This document shows, piece after piece, positions 27,447-42,179 of a DNA stretch of 64,000 bases (position 1 is the stretch's first letter; the number at the start of each line of letters is the position of its first letter). Below the pieces are notes generated by a model that worked only from the letters and a program-made list of their open reading frames with translations, searched no databases and was not told where the DNA came from. The position numbers and the translations under genes were made by a program. Source of the stretch: Eledone cirrhosa (lineage: Eukaryota); the NCBI GenBank assembly GCA_964016885.1, contig OZ024740.1, positions 84,196,001 to 84,260,000 on the forward strand. The letters are read 5' to 3'.

Positions 27447-28941
27447 GAGATTTCCAGATGGAGATCACGAACGAAAGGACCACAGTTATAAAAAGTACTC
27501 AATATGTTAGAAGAGTGTAGACATGTTTATGTTACATAGAAATGACATCTAGAAGATTAGATCTATTCTGTTCATATGAAATCAGATGATTTCAAATGAA
27601 TGAGACAGTTCTAGTCCTGTGGCAGTCATTTATATGTAATATATATATATTTACATATATATGTGTGTGTGGTGGGGGTGTCAGGATTTGCAAAATTGCG
27701 CGCAGTTATGTTATTAGCCATTCAAATTCTAACATAGGTATATTTTCGCGTTGTATTTTGGATTTTCAGAGGTATTTTCCTGCTTTGCGTAAAAAAAAAA
27801 ACAGCTGCTGGGGTAGTTCTTTTATATATAGTTCATGCCTGACGTGGCTAGAATTAGTTGGAAATAGTACTAGCATAGCGTGAAATATAATTCTTCTCCT
27901 TTGGTAATTACCACTATTATCGATAAGGTTTTATCACTTATCTACACGTGTTCCCCCTAATTCTATGCAATAAATTTACATAGCCAACTCAACTTCAGCT
28001 CTACAAGCTTCAATATATAGATTTCAGTTCTAACTTTACGAATTTCGATACAATCAAGCCAAGCGCAATGAAGATTTCCCCACCACCACCACCACAAACA
28101 TAGCCCCGTGACACATTGAAAGGTGATGTAAAAGTAAAATGATTCCTTTTTCTTATTTTATTCCAAGTTATAGAACATTTATTTTTCTAAACAGCCAATT
28201 CAATTGTAATCGTTTTTCGTTCTAAAATATTTTAATAATAATTACATAATTGATTTTACACATTACATTTTACTTTCAATCCCTTTAGTTATTTGCATTA
28301 TTCCTAACAACTCGTAAATAGTTTTAATTGTGTGAATCTGCACAAAATTTTCCTATGGTCATTATTCGAGTAATTTCGATGCGGTGTCGGGGGAGGTTAC
28401 ATACTACACCTCCATTCATCCACTCCCTTCATCTATTCTTCAATCCGTACTAATTACTAAACCCAAATGTTGTTCTCCGTTCTACCTGTCTCTTCGCCTC
28501 TACATTTATCCGTTCCCATCACTCGTTTTCCACTTTCAGTTCACTATTGTGCACCTGTCCCGTACACCTCTACTTTTTTTATCATTTCTCCACTTAATAT
28601 TTGACTTCCTATACACCTTTCTGGTCGTCTATTCTTTTCCTCCTGCTCGGTCTCAATACCATTTACTTTACTATATTGTTTTTAATAACAAGTGCAACTA
28701 CTGCTCATCCACATCACACTACTACAGAAACTGTTCTCTAAAAAATAAGACTCTGAGGCAAAATGCTACAAGTGCAATGGAGCCCACCCCTATAACAAAC
28801 ACTATTTAAGAACAACACAACAATCACCAGATCACCAGAAAACCAAAGTCTGAACAGCAATGTACCCATTAATAACCAAGAAAGCTCAAAACAAAGGGCC
28901 TCAAACATTGGCTCAAAAACAACTGGAAATGTCAACAATAA

Positions 28942-29248
28942 TAATTGTTTCTACTTTTAGCACAAGGCCAGAAATTACTCAGTACATTATTGGTACTTTA
29001 TTTTATCGACCCCGTAAGGGTGAAAGGCAAAGTTAACCTCGACGGGATTTGAACTCAGACCGTAAAGGGACGTAACTATGCTAGAAAGCATGGCCTCCAA
29101 CCGTCTACCGATACTGCCAATTCACCGTTGATTAATGTCAACAATAATAATAATTGTTTCTACTTTAGGCACAAGTCCAGCAATTACCTAGTTCATTACT
29201 GGTACTTTATTTTATCGACCCCGTAAGGATGAAAGGCAAAATCAACCT
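28942..29248 (-). mobile_element. Two tandem SINE copies (one full, one partial)
   Basis: 28942-29126 and 29150-29248 match the family. Confidence 0.85.
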
Positions 29249-29257
29249 AATGAACCA

Positions 29258-32200
29258 AATTAAGATATGCAGCATCGACCTAAACAAACAGTATGAACTA
29301 TTGGAACCGTATTTAAAACTTTATGGCTCAATATTTGACATATCCTCTTTCAAGAATCCCTGCTACATGACTTGAGCCTGTACAAAAGTGAATTCACAGA
29401 ATTCTCTTTTATAATATCTAACACATGCTATCATGGTGCATCAAGGTGCTTCACGGTGATTAGACCAGAACTAATGTCTAAATTAGACATAATACGAAGG
29501 TAGTGTAACTCCATAGATATTGTGTTTATGTACATCAGGAAGTTAGACTTTTATGTAATAAATATGTTTAACTCCTCGCCACCCCCAAATAATAAGGCAC
29601 TGTGATAATAAACAGAGATTGGAGATTTCCTAGTTACATTTATGCACAAAGCAAAACGTTCATTTCTGGGGACTTAAAAAGCACACTATCCATTCTGGAA
29701 AACTAACATCAAGAAAAAAAACAATATAAAATAAGGAGTATGTATATCTCTTAGAGGTTATAAATAAACAACGTTATTCTACGTACTGTACCAGACTCTC
29801 CTACCTACAGAAATTTTAACAACAGAACCTCAACAATAAACCATTTGTGGTCTTCTCTCCCAGCTTCTCCGTTTATAGGTCGGATCATGCCAGTAACATT
29901 TTTAACAATGCAATACATATAACCAATGAAACCCTGAGCTATTGCCAAATAAAGTCTAAAGTAAGAAAATATCAATTTCGCAAAACAAACTGGATTAAAT
30001 TTACTAATTATTGAGAAGTAGAACTATCATCTCACAACCAATTTTAGAATGTCCAATCAGCTGGAGAGCTAAAAACAAGTCTACAAATATTTATAGACAC
30101 AATACAGGATAAAATCACTGAGAAAGTACCTTTTACGTATTTCGATCCAAATAAAAATAACCGTAATAAGGATAACAACTATAATAAGGTATGGTGGAGT
30201 GAAGAATTAAACAACTAAGAAGTGAAATGATTCAGTCATTAAAAACATGGAAATACCATTCTACAGATTCCAATTATGAAAAATATGAAGGAATAAAGGA
30301 AAAGTTTAAAGGGTAAATAAAACTAGCCAAAATTATTTCTGGTTTAGCACAGTTAACCTGGAGTCCATGGGCGATATATGGAGCATATACAACTCAATTA
30401 TCAAACCCAGAGCCCCCAAAAGAAATCAAGAGCTGTTGATATATGACCACAATGGTGAGATAGTATCAGACACTTCTAAACTCTCTTCACTATTTGCAGA
30501 ATCATTTTTGGCAACGCTTCATTTACTGAATCCACTACCCATTACAAAGTTTCTGATACTCTCACTTCAAACGTAGATTTCCCTTCTATTATTGAACAAG
30601 AACTGCTATCCGTTAAAGATGAGTTGAAAATGGAAACGGCTACAGGCCTGATGGTATAACCAATTTAATCATCAATGACACTTGGAAATGTTGCTAAACT
30701 TATTTAATAGTATAATTAAATTCCAACACTATCCATATATATGGAAATGTATTCATACGTTAGTAATACCAAACCCAAATAAGGATAACTACCAGATCAA
30801 ACCGTCCAATAGCTTTACTAAGCAAACCTTGTAAAATGCTAGAAAAAAATCATAGGCAATAGATTATCTTACTTAGGAGAGACAATGAATATTTTCCCCA
30901 AACCCCAGTTCAGATTTCGAGTGAAAAAAAACACTGAGAGCTGTGCACATGAAATAACCATATTCCACAGAAACTTAAAACTCCTGAAAAAGTCGACCAG
31001 CTTGATCTCACTAGGCACAAAGGGAACTCATAAGAATATGGTTTATGACACTCTCATCAAAAGCTTACACCGATTAAAAATCCCCAAATATCTTTGTAAC
31101 TGGGCTGAAAGCTTTCTCACTCATCGTAGTTCAGGAAACGAGAAAAGCAAAAGTATTTACATTCTAAATGGTCTCCCACAGGGTTCGTAAGTGTCATGCA
31201 TTTTATTTCTATAAAGAAACTTGTTTACATGTCTAAATATAATTCTATAAGTATCAGGTTTTACAGATGATATCAACTTATATACTTCATCTGGTATCAT
31301 CAACAACAAAACTATATTATGCACAGCTCTATCAATTTAGTTTGGTTGTTGATGATACCAGATGAAGTATATAAGTTGATATCATCTGTAAAGCCTGATA
31401 CTTCTAGAATTATATGTAGACATGTAAAGAAGTTTGTTGTATAATATAGAAAGAAAATGCATGGCACTTACGAACCCTGTGGGAGACCATTTAGAATGTA
31501 AATACTTTTGCTTTTCTCGTTTCCAAGAATCAAACCTGAACTACGATGAGTGAGAAAGCAAAAGAAAATGGCCAACAATGTTGATCCCCTTAAAACACAA
31601 CTGGTTCATTTCCATAATGCTGAACCCATTAACTATCAATGCGATGAAATATACTTGATGGACCAACTACTGATACCGCAAAAAGTCATAAAAATACTAG
31701 GCATTTGGTTACAATCTGACTTGAAATGGGAAACTCATCTCAAACACACACTGAAAAAGATTACTTGAACATAGCATGCAATTAAAGTAATTTCAAGTTG
31801 CCTAACACACAACCACTTGTGACTGTATAATAAGGGAGTCATCAACGCTCAATTGTTGTGTGACAATTGGGTTTGGATGCACATAAGTACTAGCTATCTT
31901 TAAGCTATTGATAGATTCCGTACCCAAATTGGCAAAACTATATTGGGGTGTTTAAGATCTACTACAAAGAACACGATTTTTCATGAAGCAAGATTACCAC
32001 AACTGACTAGTTGTTAAAAGAGTCTAGGAAAAGCAAATTGCTAACTGATCAGTTTAAATACAGATGGAAACAGCATGATACTTGACTTCCCCCATGTGTA
32101 GAACAATTAAAATCGTTTAAAATAATGATTAAAAACACAAACGACACAGTCAGTCTCTTTTAACAGATAGGTCTGCTACACAGACTGGGCACGTTCAGAT

Positions 32201-32790
32201 AAGGGAGTTGGTTGTGGAGCTACTTGGTCTTTCGAAAATAATTATAGAGATATGAACTTCAGATTACATCGGGATTACACTATATTTGATGCAGAATGGT
32301 ACGGAATTACATTATCATATTATTCAGCTAAGGAATTGCTCAGGTAAAGTGGTTTTCTATATATTGATAGTCTATCGAACATAGAACTGCTTCAGTCAAG
32401 AAAAAGGGGTGAGGTTAGAGATATTGAGAATACTCTGCTAAAAGTATATAACTACCTCTCAGAGAATACTAAAGAAATAACAGTTACTTGGATACCGGGA
32501 CATTCAGATATTATAAATACATGGAAGCTACAAAAAGATTCAACAAGATAAACTTCTAGCCATTTTAAAGCTTCCCTTGTTTCCTCTTTTCTTTTTCATC
32601 TTCGTTTTCTCATGCATAATCTGCCTCCCGTTGGATTCTTTATCTTTATTTTATTTTATCTGTTTTCCTCTTTTTCAATTCATTTTTTTATCACTGTCTC
32701 ACTAACTCTTTTCTATTACCAACTGTAAGGAACACTCAATACTTTCCCTGACCTGCATGGACGTTTAAATTGATTAAATAAATAATAAAC
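29258..32790 (+). mobile_element. Decayed LINE with APE, RT and RNase H (I-group-like)
   Basis: Fragments GDL, SDH, RPIALLSKPCKMLEK, NGLPQGS, FTDDI, KILGIWLQSDLKW, YTD..TIFDAE..ITVTWIPGHSDI; A-rich 3' end; many stops. Confidence 0.8.
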
Positions 32791-33330
32791 ACCTTTAAAT
32801 TAAGTCCAATTTCATTCCACTCCTCTTTTTCCTTCTTTCTTTCAGATCATGGGCTGTGCTATTCCTGTTAATTAACAAATGGGAACTTTAGCATGGAAGA
32901 CATTTTTGTATGTGCCATACGTCCACCAATGATTTTAGGATCCCATATAGTCGCGATCTGATAGAGACACATACGGTCATTTCATTTATGACCCATCGAA
33001 GCAAGCATTCAGTATGTAATAGCTCGAGAGATAGAGAGCTATACAAACACGAGCTGGGAGTCTCTTTAATGATCTCGAGATGAAAAACAAATTATACTAA
33101 AGTTGAAGTTAAACACAGAGTCAGAAAAATGCCGCACAGTAATTTATCAGAAATTATAACGACACTGTAATAAAAACAATTAAATATACAGAGGATAAAA
33201 CAAATTAATGTTTATATAAATACTAATTCTAACATAACAGCACAGGGGTTTTGCAAGAACATTATTTGTGTTACTATTTAAGAAAATAGTGGTATATAGA
33301 TTAACTTGACAGTATTATAGTTATTTTCTG

Positions 33331-33445
33331 TGTTCAAATCCCGCCGAGGTTGACTTTGCCTTTCATCCTTACGGGGTCGATAAAATAAAGTACCAGTAAT
33401 GCACTGGGTAATTGATGGCCTTGTGCCTAAAGTAGAAACAATTAT
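33331..33445 (+). mobile_element. SINE, 3' half
   Basis: B-box to 3' end. Confidence 0.85.
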
Positions 33446-34599
33446 AGTTATGTTCTGTGTTGTTAAACATAACCGATAAAGGAATTAATTTCTGTGTTAT
33501 TAAACATAACCGATAAAGGAATTAATTTCTGTATTAGTCATATTTTCTTTTAAAATATATTGTTTCCTTTGTAATTTTTCTCCCATCGCTTGTATGCACG
33601 CGATACGTATGCATATCAAAACTGGATATACGTATAAATGAGAGCAGCAAAATTGATTAAACAAATTATAAGAAAATATATTTGAAGCTCAAAAACCGTG
33701 TGCTTACTAATACATACTCATATTCACACAAGCATAATGAAATGAGGTAAACAAAATATTCTGTATGTATAACGGGAAAAAACGTGTTAGATATTGAAAA
33801 AGAATAATACAAAAAACCATTGAGTCGTCATCATTAAGAAAGAAACGTTGTTATATTGCCATCACTTCTTTACGGCGACAGTCCTTTTGTTAGTCGAAAA
33901 ACATTGATTAAATTACAGTATCTTTTTTTTTCTTTGTGGCGTGTAACTATTTTGTCATTAGGAATTTCAATAAATGCTAGACACTCTTTTTGAACACTTT
34001 AAAGCGATATCCAAGTTGCACATGACATTTTCTAATTAGCGTATTTTACAAATGCTTGCAGACTATATACTTAAGTAATGTCGAATGGATGTTGTCCTCC
34101 AAATATTCGGGATAATTGACGTGAAAAGCCGTATTGTGTTTTCAAATTTCATTTGATTTAACAGATAAATAAAGCAAAACCGATATTACGTTTATTACCG
34201 TAACAAACTCGTCTGTTTTGAGGCAATATCTTTCATGAAGTAGCAACAATTGTGTATTATTTCAAAGTTATTATATCTCTACTTTAGTGATGTTTACTCA
34301 TCTAGTGTGTTTGTTACCCTTATTACTATTTAACAGTAATTTATGTCTGTGAATGCTGTAAGAAGTCACAGTTAATATACAGTATAATGTGATGTTACGT
34401 AAAAATAAAATCTAATTCATTTTATTTATTCTTGACATTCCCAAATGTTCTTTAGATAAAGGTCTTGGTCAATCCATGAGATGTTGTCAGGTGAGCGTAA
34501 CATCTCATTTTTTCTTTACTTTACGGTGGTTAACATGACGTGGTGGTTGCCCACATGTTGTTTGATTGTCGTGCGAATGCTTTTGTTACTTATATAATC

Positions 34600-35680
34600 C
34601 GTATAGCAGATGTTGGAATGTCAGTATAATCCTATGTACGTCCGCTGTAAGCGTTCACGTCTCACAGACAAGAGCGTACTAGAGTGCGCATGAATGTCAG
34701 TTTAGCTTTGAAATTGTCTCGCACTAAGAGTCTTAGTCTTGCTAATAATGTGGATATATGAGCAGGTAGGGAAAACAATTTCTTGTTTTAACCCTTCTTC
34801 GGCGATGATGCCTCCTAGAGTGATGTTCACGCTAATCCTGTGGCTGTTTGTCATGACTTTTGTCTTCTCTGTGCTGATTTCCATCCCGTAACTTGTAGTC
34901 AACTAGTAAATTCTCTTTATCAACTGTGTTTTCATCGATGTCATCAACGAATTTTAGGTTGCTGAAGTAACGTATTCTAATAATGCTGATACTAATGTGT
35001 ACCTCATGGGCATCCATCATTAAGTGTTCCAGGAATAAGCTGAAGAGTGCTGGTGGCAAGAAGTGTGCCTGCCGAAGCTACGCCACTCTGTGGAGACAAA
35101 CTCCTATTTTGCCGGAACGAGGACAACATTAGTTTTTAACTTGTAGATTTCAGTCAGTTTTTGCTCATATTTTATATTCTCCTCCTGGTTAAACTCTTGC
35201 TACACCCTGACAAAGGTTTTTTATTTTATTTATGAAGGCATAGTATATCTTCTATTGCTTTTGGTTGTATTTCTCATAGAGAACTCGGAGAGTATATGTT
35301 CTATATTGATTCTTCCCTTGCGAAATCCATTTTGTTTCTACTCGATGATTTCTTCTGCTTGTGTACTTAATTGGTTCAAAATCAATTTTATCAATGATCA
35401 CCTAAGTACTATTGGAGTTTGCCTTTTTGGAGAAGAATGATGATTAGCAATAGTACCTAGGTAGTTAGATATTCTTCTGTCAACAAGATGATGTTGGATG
35501 TGTGTGTAAGCATATCAACAAGCACTTTCTCTGCATGTTTAATCAGTTCTCATGGGATGCCGCAAATGCCAGTTATATTGCTCTTTATTTTAGTGTGTTG
35601 TGGCTCCTTCAAACTCCTCGTTTAAAATATGGGAATTATCACTGTTTGTTTGTTTATAATACTTAACAATTTATGTAGCG
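34600..35680 (-). mobile_element. Decayed RTE-like LINE RT fragment
   Basis: PALFSLFLE..NLKFVDDID..YGMEISTEKTKVMTN. Confidence 0.7.
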
Positions 35681-36647
35681 AGATCCATTCATCAGGTGGT
35701 AATTTTTAAAGAAACTACACAATTTTAACCCGCATTTGATAATATTTATTTTTATTTTCACCACTTCCGTAGTGTAGATTGAAATCATTTATAGAGGAAT
35801 TCAATCTAATACAAGCATTAGGGCCATAATTCCCGTTATAACATACCTGCTTTTTTCTCTCTGTCCAAGAACGCCGGTCCCAAAATTATTCGTGGGCACC
35901 ATCCTATGTACCCTCATCAAACAGAGGAAAAAGTCGATAATTGCATCACCTAATTCTTCAAATATAAGGTATTATTCCTTTTAATAAAAGGAAACAAATA
36001 TCATTTTTATATACTAATTAGAAGCTTATCTCTTACGCATCACATCTACCATTTTCCATGTCTCTATTTGATGCCAATGGATGTTCGTAGCATTAGACAC
36101 AGAGTTATTTCTAATGTATTGTTATTCCATATATTTTCTTTGATTGTCTAGTAGTATATTTCTATCACAATTTGGCAAGCCATGACAAAATAACGGATCT
36201 ACAAGTTGTTAGTGATTCTTTTTCTTGTTTCTTAGTAAATGAAAATCTTTTAATCTTCAACGATCATTTCAATAATGATAAGAATTTCTAGCAATTCAAT
36301 GATCATAGACAATAATTTATTTAATTCATTTATTTTTAAAACTTAATTGTTTAAGTATATGTTATTCCTATTCCAATTGTATTAGTGTGTCAGGTTTTTT
36401 TTGCTTGTTCTTTGGTTATTTCTTCATAAATTTGCAGAACCAAATACAATTATTAAACTCAAAACTTCTTAGTTCGTATAGTTAAACGAAAGTACGATAA
36501 TCCTGTACCTTTTAGTGTTACTAGCGGTGTAAATGAATTAAAACTTAGTTATCGAAGAGACTTTTCTTATGTAATGATATTTCACAACAGCTGAATGTGG
36601 ATATAGAATATTTTCCTCAACTGTTTATATATATTAGAAAATATTAA

Positions 36648-36810
36648 AAGTTAACCTCGGCGGGATTTATACTCAGATCATAAAGGGGCGTAACTCTAGT
36701 GCTGTAGGAAATAATTGTTTCTACTTTTGGCACAAGGCCAGCAATTGCCCAGTACATTACTGGTACTTTATTTTATCGACCCCGTAAGGATGAAAGGCAA
36801 AGTTAACCTC
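36648..36810 (-). mobile_element. SINE fragments
   Basis: Two permuted pieces of the consensus. Confidence 0.75.
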
Positions 36811-37916
36811 TGATATCATATGAACTCTTCAGTTTGTTTAATCTACACCTTACACTGAGGGATGTGTTTCTGCTTTGAGGATTTTGAAATATCTCTCACA
36901 TACCTCTCACCAACTTCTTGAACGTAAACTATCTATTGATGAGACATACTAGGAGATGAATTACATCATGTAATTTACCTAGCATCTTGCATTCCAGTAA
37001 TCTCCGTATGCAGTAATCTCCGTATGTTCTGAAAAATGGGAATTTATATATTAGGTAATTTCATTATGAAGAAATACATTTTTTACAGGGTAAAATAAAT
37101 GTTTATTCTCAATACATGTGTTTTACTAATAAGGTTGGCTTAAAAACCATTAATTATTACATAAATATGAAAAAGAAATATAAAAACAAAATTAAGTAAT
37201 GAGAAAAGGGGGAAGGGGTAAAGAAGGGCAGATCTGGGTGTATGGGTATGTAGAAAAAAGGATTACAAATGCCATAAATGAGATGAAAAGGAAGGAAAAG
37301 ACAAGGACACTTGGGCTACAGAAGAAAGGGGGGGGGGTGATGACCTAGAGCGGAACAGTGTTTGGGCTAAAACACATTATACCTTTTATTTTCTACGTAT
37401 ATTAATTCTTTTTGGAAATATCAGGAAATATAATTCACAATATTTATGGGAGGGAAACTACTTGTATTGTTATTGCAGCTGTATTTGTTCGTGAGATGTG
37501 TGTCGTATACTGCAGAACTGTTACCAACTTAGTCATTAATCATTTTATGCACTTAGCTCAATACCTTCTTTAGAGAGAGTAGACATCTACATTAGCTTTT
37601 ATGTTATCAATGAAGGTTTTAGGGAATATTTTATTTTGGGAGCATTTACTGTTCTCTGTGTATGATACGTTGTGTTGTGCTTCACTACGAGATTTATAAG
37701 TATTACTTTACAAATTCTTAAGGGGTTCGCTTTGTGTATCAATTTCAGTTAAATCAGTGGGTGCTCTGTCAAAATTGAAGATTTACATTATACAATTATT
37801 GGGCATTTTGACAAGTAACTAATTCTACACTAGCCTTGAATACCTAGGCTTCGCAAAACTAAAAACAACAGGAAAAATAGGAAACTACATTAGGAGGAAA
37901 TAAATGTATATATACA

Positions 37917-38110
37917 CACGTCGGAAAACATGCTTTATGGCATAGAGTTACTGTCTTTTACGGTCTGAGTTCAAATCCCGACGAGGATAGCTTTGTTTTT
38001 TATCCTTACGGGGTCTATAAAATAAAGTACCTGTAATGCAATGGGGAAAATTAATCAGCATTCCCTTCCCCCAAAATTGTTGATCCTGTGCCTAAATCAG
38101 AAATCATTAT
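37917..38110 (+). mobile_element. SINE, diverged
   Basis: B-box plus core. Confidence 0.75.
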
Positions 38111-38577
38111 CCACTTTTATTCTCACTCCCTCTCAAATATAAACGACAGAAAAGTTTTATATGTATATGTGTGTGCGTGCGTATGTGTGTGTGTGTGTGT
38201 GCATGTGTGTGTATGTGTGCGTATGTGTGTGTGTTTGTGTGTGCGAATGTAGATGGTGCGTTATTTGATTCGATTATATTAATGATATTTCATTCAAATG
38301 TTACCGAGGTCAAATTTGACATTCATGATTTCAAGCTTGCTAAATGAAAACCAACCAAATGTTGGGTTTGATGATTTCATCAATTACACTAACCTCTCTA
38401 AAATGCGTTATATTACGTCAATATTTGTAACTAATAGTATTAAAGTGAATTCTTGGCAGAAATGTTAGTGTACAATGATAACGTTCAGTGTTTATATACG
38501 CCATTTCGTATATAAGTTCAAGTCACGAATAGATAGATGATCAATAATATATAAAGTGTAATATGAAGGGTTTCATT

Positions 38578-38760
38578 AAATTGTCTATATTTCTTACCTT
38601 ATAACAGAGGTTCTGAAAGTGGGTGCTACCGTCCTCCGAGGAGCGTTGAGACAGTCTAGGGGCGCTGAGGCCTAAGAGGGCGGGGAGATAGGGACGATAT
38701 AATATATCGTAGCACCCACTTTCAGAACCTCTATTATAAGGTAAGAAATATAGACAATTT
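38578..38760. mobile_element. hAT-like terminus within an inverted duplication
   Basis: CAGAGGTTCTGAAAGTGGG at 38605; arms 38578-38629 and 38709-38760. Confidence 0.55.
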
Positions 38761-38899
38761 AATTAAATGATACATGTGTATAAATATAGAAAAATAAAAA
38801 ATATGTAATATTTATTTATACATAGTATATATTTTCATTTTCAATATAAACGCTACTTAAACATCGCAAGTAGCGTATAATATTTCGTTAAAAATTTGG

Positions 38900-41087
38900 T
38901 TTATTTAGCAAATTAACAGAGGTCACAACACGTACTTACTTTTAAGCAGTACCATTTTCGAGGGATTGAGGAAATGAGGAAGGCCTTAAAATTTTTGTCG
39001 GCGCCCTGTTGACGCTTCGTGCTTTCATCACGCGCAAATCCGGGCCCTGTGTACGTTGCCGTGTTATTGACACCGAAAAACTCACGTCTGTGCTACTTCT
39101 ACTAGGACCCCTTTTGTTGCACCTACACCGCAGTATGAAGGCCTTGTGCAAGTATGCTGAACAGTGGTTGTGCTAATTCCGCGGTGACCCCTTTTGTCGC
39201 TCCATTGTTGCTGTGTCAACGCAGTGCAACCAGTGTCGCCCAGCGTTTGTGCTAATTGCACTATGACCCCCTTCTGCTTCAGCTGAGTTGCCACGCTGAT
39301 TTCATTATCTCAATATCCCTACTTAAACGTACATGCCTACTTGGTCTTCACACATTTGACTACGTCGCTCCTTCAGACAGACGTGTGTTCCCCATACGTG
39401 ACGTAATACGTAAACAGACTTACGACATACATCGCCCCACAACGCTTACTTCTTTCGCATACAGGATTTCCGCAATCAGCCCACTGACACTGCTACTACT
39501 GGTATCCCTGCTCGAGATCAATCCTCCTCTCATTCCACAGAAAGTTGGTACGTACACTATACTTTTTCCCCCAGTTTTAAGCAATTGCATTGACTTCGAC
39601 GCCTTTCAATAGCCTAGCACTTCATTTACGCCCACTTTTAGTTTTCGTGGCGTTGTATACATTGTGGAGCATTAATTCTACCTACTTTGCAAGTTTGAGC
39701 AGTAGTAAAATACTAGAATCACCATACTTTTACTACCTTTAAAATTGGCATCTCTGTACCAGCTTTAAAACAGCTTAATGAGTGCTCTTCCCTTTAACCA
39801 TGTTCGTGCTCATTATTAATACATAGATCCCTACCACAATTTTCAGCGTTGCTTTAGCTGTGCTCCAATTTCATCAGAATTTCCGATAATCGAGCACTAC
39901 TGACGGTTCAGCAGTTCCACCTTCAGTTACAGTAGTAGTGATAGTGGTAGTGGTAGTATCATAACATATGCAGTAGTAGTTACAGTTATCCCATTCGCAG
40001 TGCTACTGCCATTGACTTCATTTTATTCATTAACCAAGTTTAGAGAATGTACTTCCCTTACCGCCATTTACTTACTGGCAAGCTTCACTACTGCCTCGTG
40101 CGATTCGTAGTGCTACATTCGTTTGTTAACGTACGCTTAGGACGATACTAACTCCATCCCATGTAAACTGGTAACCCCGAGATGCTGCATGGGGTTAGCA
40201 CCTTCACCTTTGGTAAGCTTTTGCCAGCCACTGATTCTCAATTTACCCCGTGCCTTTGCCGATGGGCTCCGTAGTGTTGTCTTTTCTATTCGCAATAAAC
40301 ACTACCTCTTTCAATACACTGCGCTTTCTACATTGTGCATAAATCCAACCGCTGTTCGGAATTCCAGCCGTGTGACACCGCATTGCCTTACCGGCCAACT
40401 GGAAGGCTTTTGTAGTAGATCCCGATGCAGCATGAACGGGGGCTTCGGCCTCACGAGCACCACTAAACAAAACTTACAAATTTTCCAATTGCTCTTGCTG
40501 CTGCCCTTTCGCTAACCAATCCCCGATTATCACCCATTACGACGGCACTCATGGCTTTGTCGTTACATAGGCAACGATTCGGAAATCACATGCCTCCGGA
40601 TTTCAATCCCCTGATGAGTTCATTCCTTATTCTATCAGTGAATCTTGGTGCATTTAGGCCTGCTTTTTAGGTCATGCCTCGAAGGAAGAGTTACTCTATT
40701 GGCCGAGAAATTGCAAAAGCAGCAAGATCAAGGAAAAGGCGGGCAAATGAATCCTCTCTGGAAAATGTTATTCGACGGTCGCAAAATGCCGCGTCAACTG
40801 CTGCTGCACGAGCTTCGCCGAACCGCTGATGCTGCGTCTACTGCTGCTGCCCCAGCTGTGGAGAGAGACGACCAGCGTTACTTTCACCGAACAGGTGACG
40901 TGCGTCAACTGCTGCTGCCCCAGCTGCGGAGACAGAATACCAGCCTAGTAGACGCCAGACTAGGGATCTGCGAACACTGCTGCTGCGCGAGCTTTACATA
41001 CTTCACAAGACTGTGATAATCGACTAGAGAGTAACGTGTTGCTATTTCACGTCTCATACCCCGTGCAACACCGGGTCCTGATGCTAT
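38900..41087. mobile_element. GC-richer unclassified repeat ending in a Helitron-like 3' terminus
   Basis: ACCCCGTGCAACACCGGGT hairpin plus GCTAT at 41058-41087; weak gag/protease-like peptides on the minus strand. Confidence 0.35.
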
Positions 41088-41117
41088 TTATAAATAAATT
41101 AACGATTTTATTTATTA

Positions 41118-41742
41118 CTAGCAGTGGTACCTGGCGTTGCACGGGATAAGGTATTTTGGAACGCGGGCCGCCAACAGACCTAATCGTGGAAAAACTGCAT
41201 GCCTGGACAATATGTAAAGAAAATAAACCGAATACTCTGATGGCTGGATAATCTTTAAAATGTTCCTCGATGAAGCAGGAAAAATGCAGGTTTTCACCTA
41301 ATACGGGCCCTGGGGGATCAAGAAAATGAATTTTTTTTATGTGCATAATATGCCTTGAAATTTCGGAAAAATCGGCTAGACATAACGCCTCAAAAAAACC
41401 CTAAAAAGCTGGAAAAAAGCAGTTTTTCACCTAATGCGGGCCCTAAGGGATCAAAAAGTTGATTTTTTTATATGCATAACACTCCCTGAAATATAAGTAA
41501 TACACATGTAAAGTTTGAAAAAAATCGATTGGGTACTTCTCGGGTTTCACACACACACACATACACACACACATACACACATACATACATACATGGATAC
41601 ATACATACATACATACATACATACATACATACATACATACATACATACATACATACATACATACATACATACATACATACATACATACATACATACATCC
41701 TTCCTCACTAATACATGGCAATGTTTCAGATATATAATTAGA
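41118..41742 (-). mobile_element. Non-autonomous Helitron with internal (CATA)n
   Basis: Minus strand: A|TCTAATTATAT start, CCCGTGCAACGCCAGGT hairpin, CTAG|T end. Confidence 0.75.
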
Positions 41743-41972
41743 TTTTAACATGAGATTTCTAAACTGCGTCTTTAAAAATACCACTAAATCTTATTTGTTT
41801 TTCCTTTGTGCCACTGGTATTACTTCATCCATTGCCCTTAGGATAGAAGCATAACTACAATTGCTTCAGTTTTATAAGAGGGTGATATTCTCCACTAAAA
41901 ACACACTACGCTGACAATATATACCTATTTGGTGTAATTGGAATTAAGAAGTAAAAATATAAGAAGTATATA

Positions 41973-42052
41973 CAGGGTGTCCCACAAAAATGTATGCACA
42001 AATTTTATTAGAATGCTGTTAAAGTGTGTATACATTTTGGGGGGATACCCTG
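41973..42052. mobile_element. 80-bp Tc1/mariner-type MITE
   Basis: TIRs CAGGGTGTCCCACAAAAATGTATGCACA / TGTGTATACATTTTGGGGGGATACCCTG, TA on both sides; partial copy at about 43825-43886. Confidence 0.8.
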
Positions 42053-42179
42053 TATATTGTTAAATAATATCCATTGTACAAATTTACTCACTTTGCAGTA
42101 TGGAAAAGTCTATGTAAATTCTAATATGATGATAGAACACTAGTTTTATTTAGGGAGATCCTAGTATATTTATTTTGCA

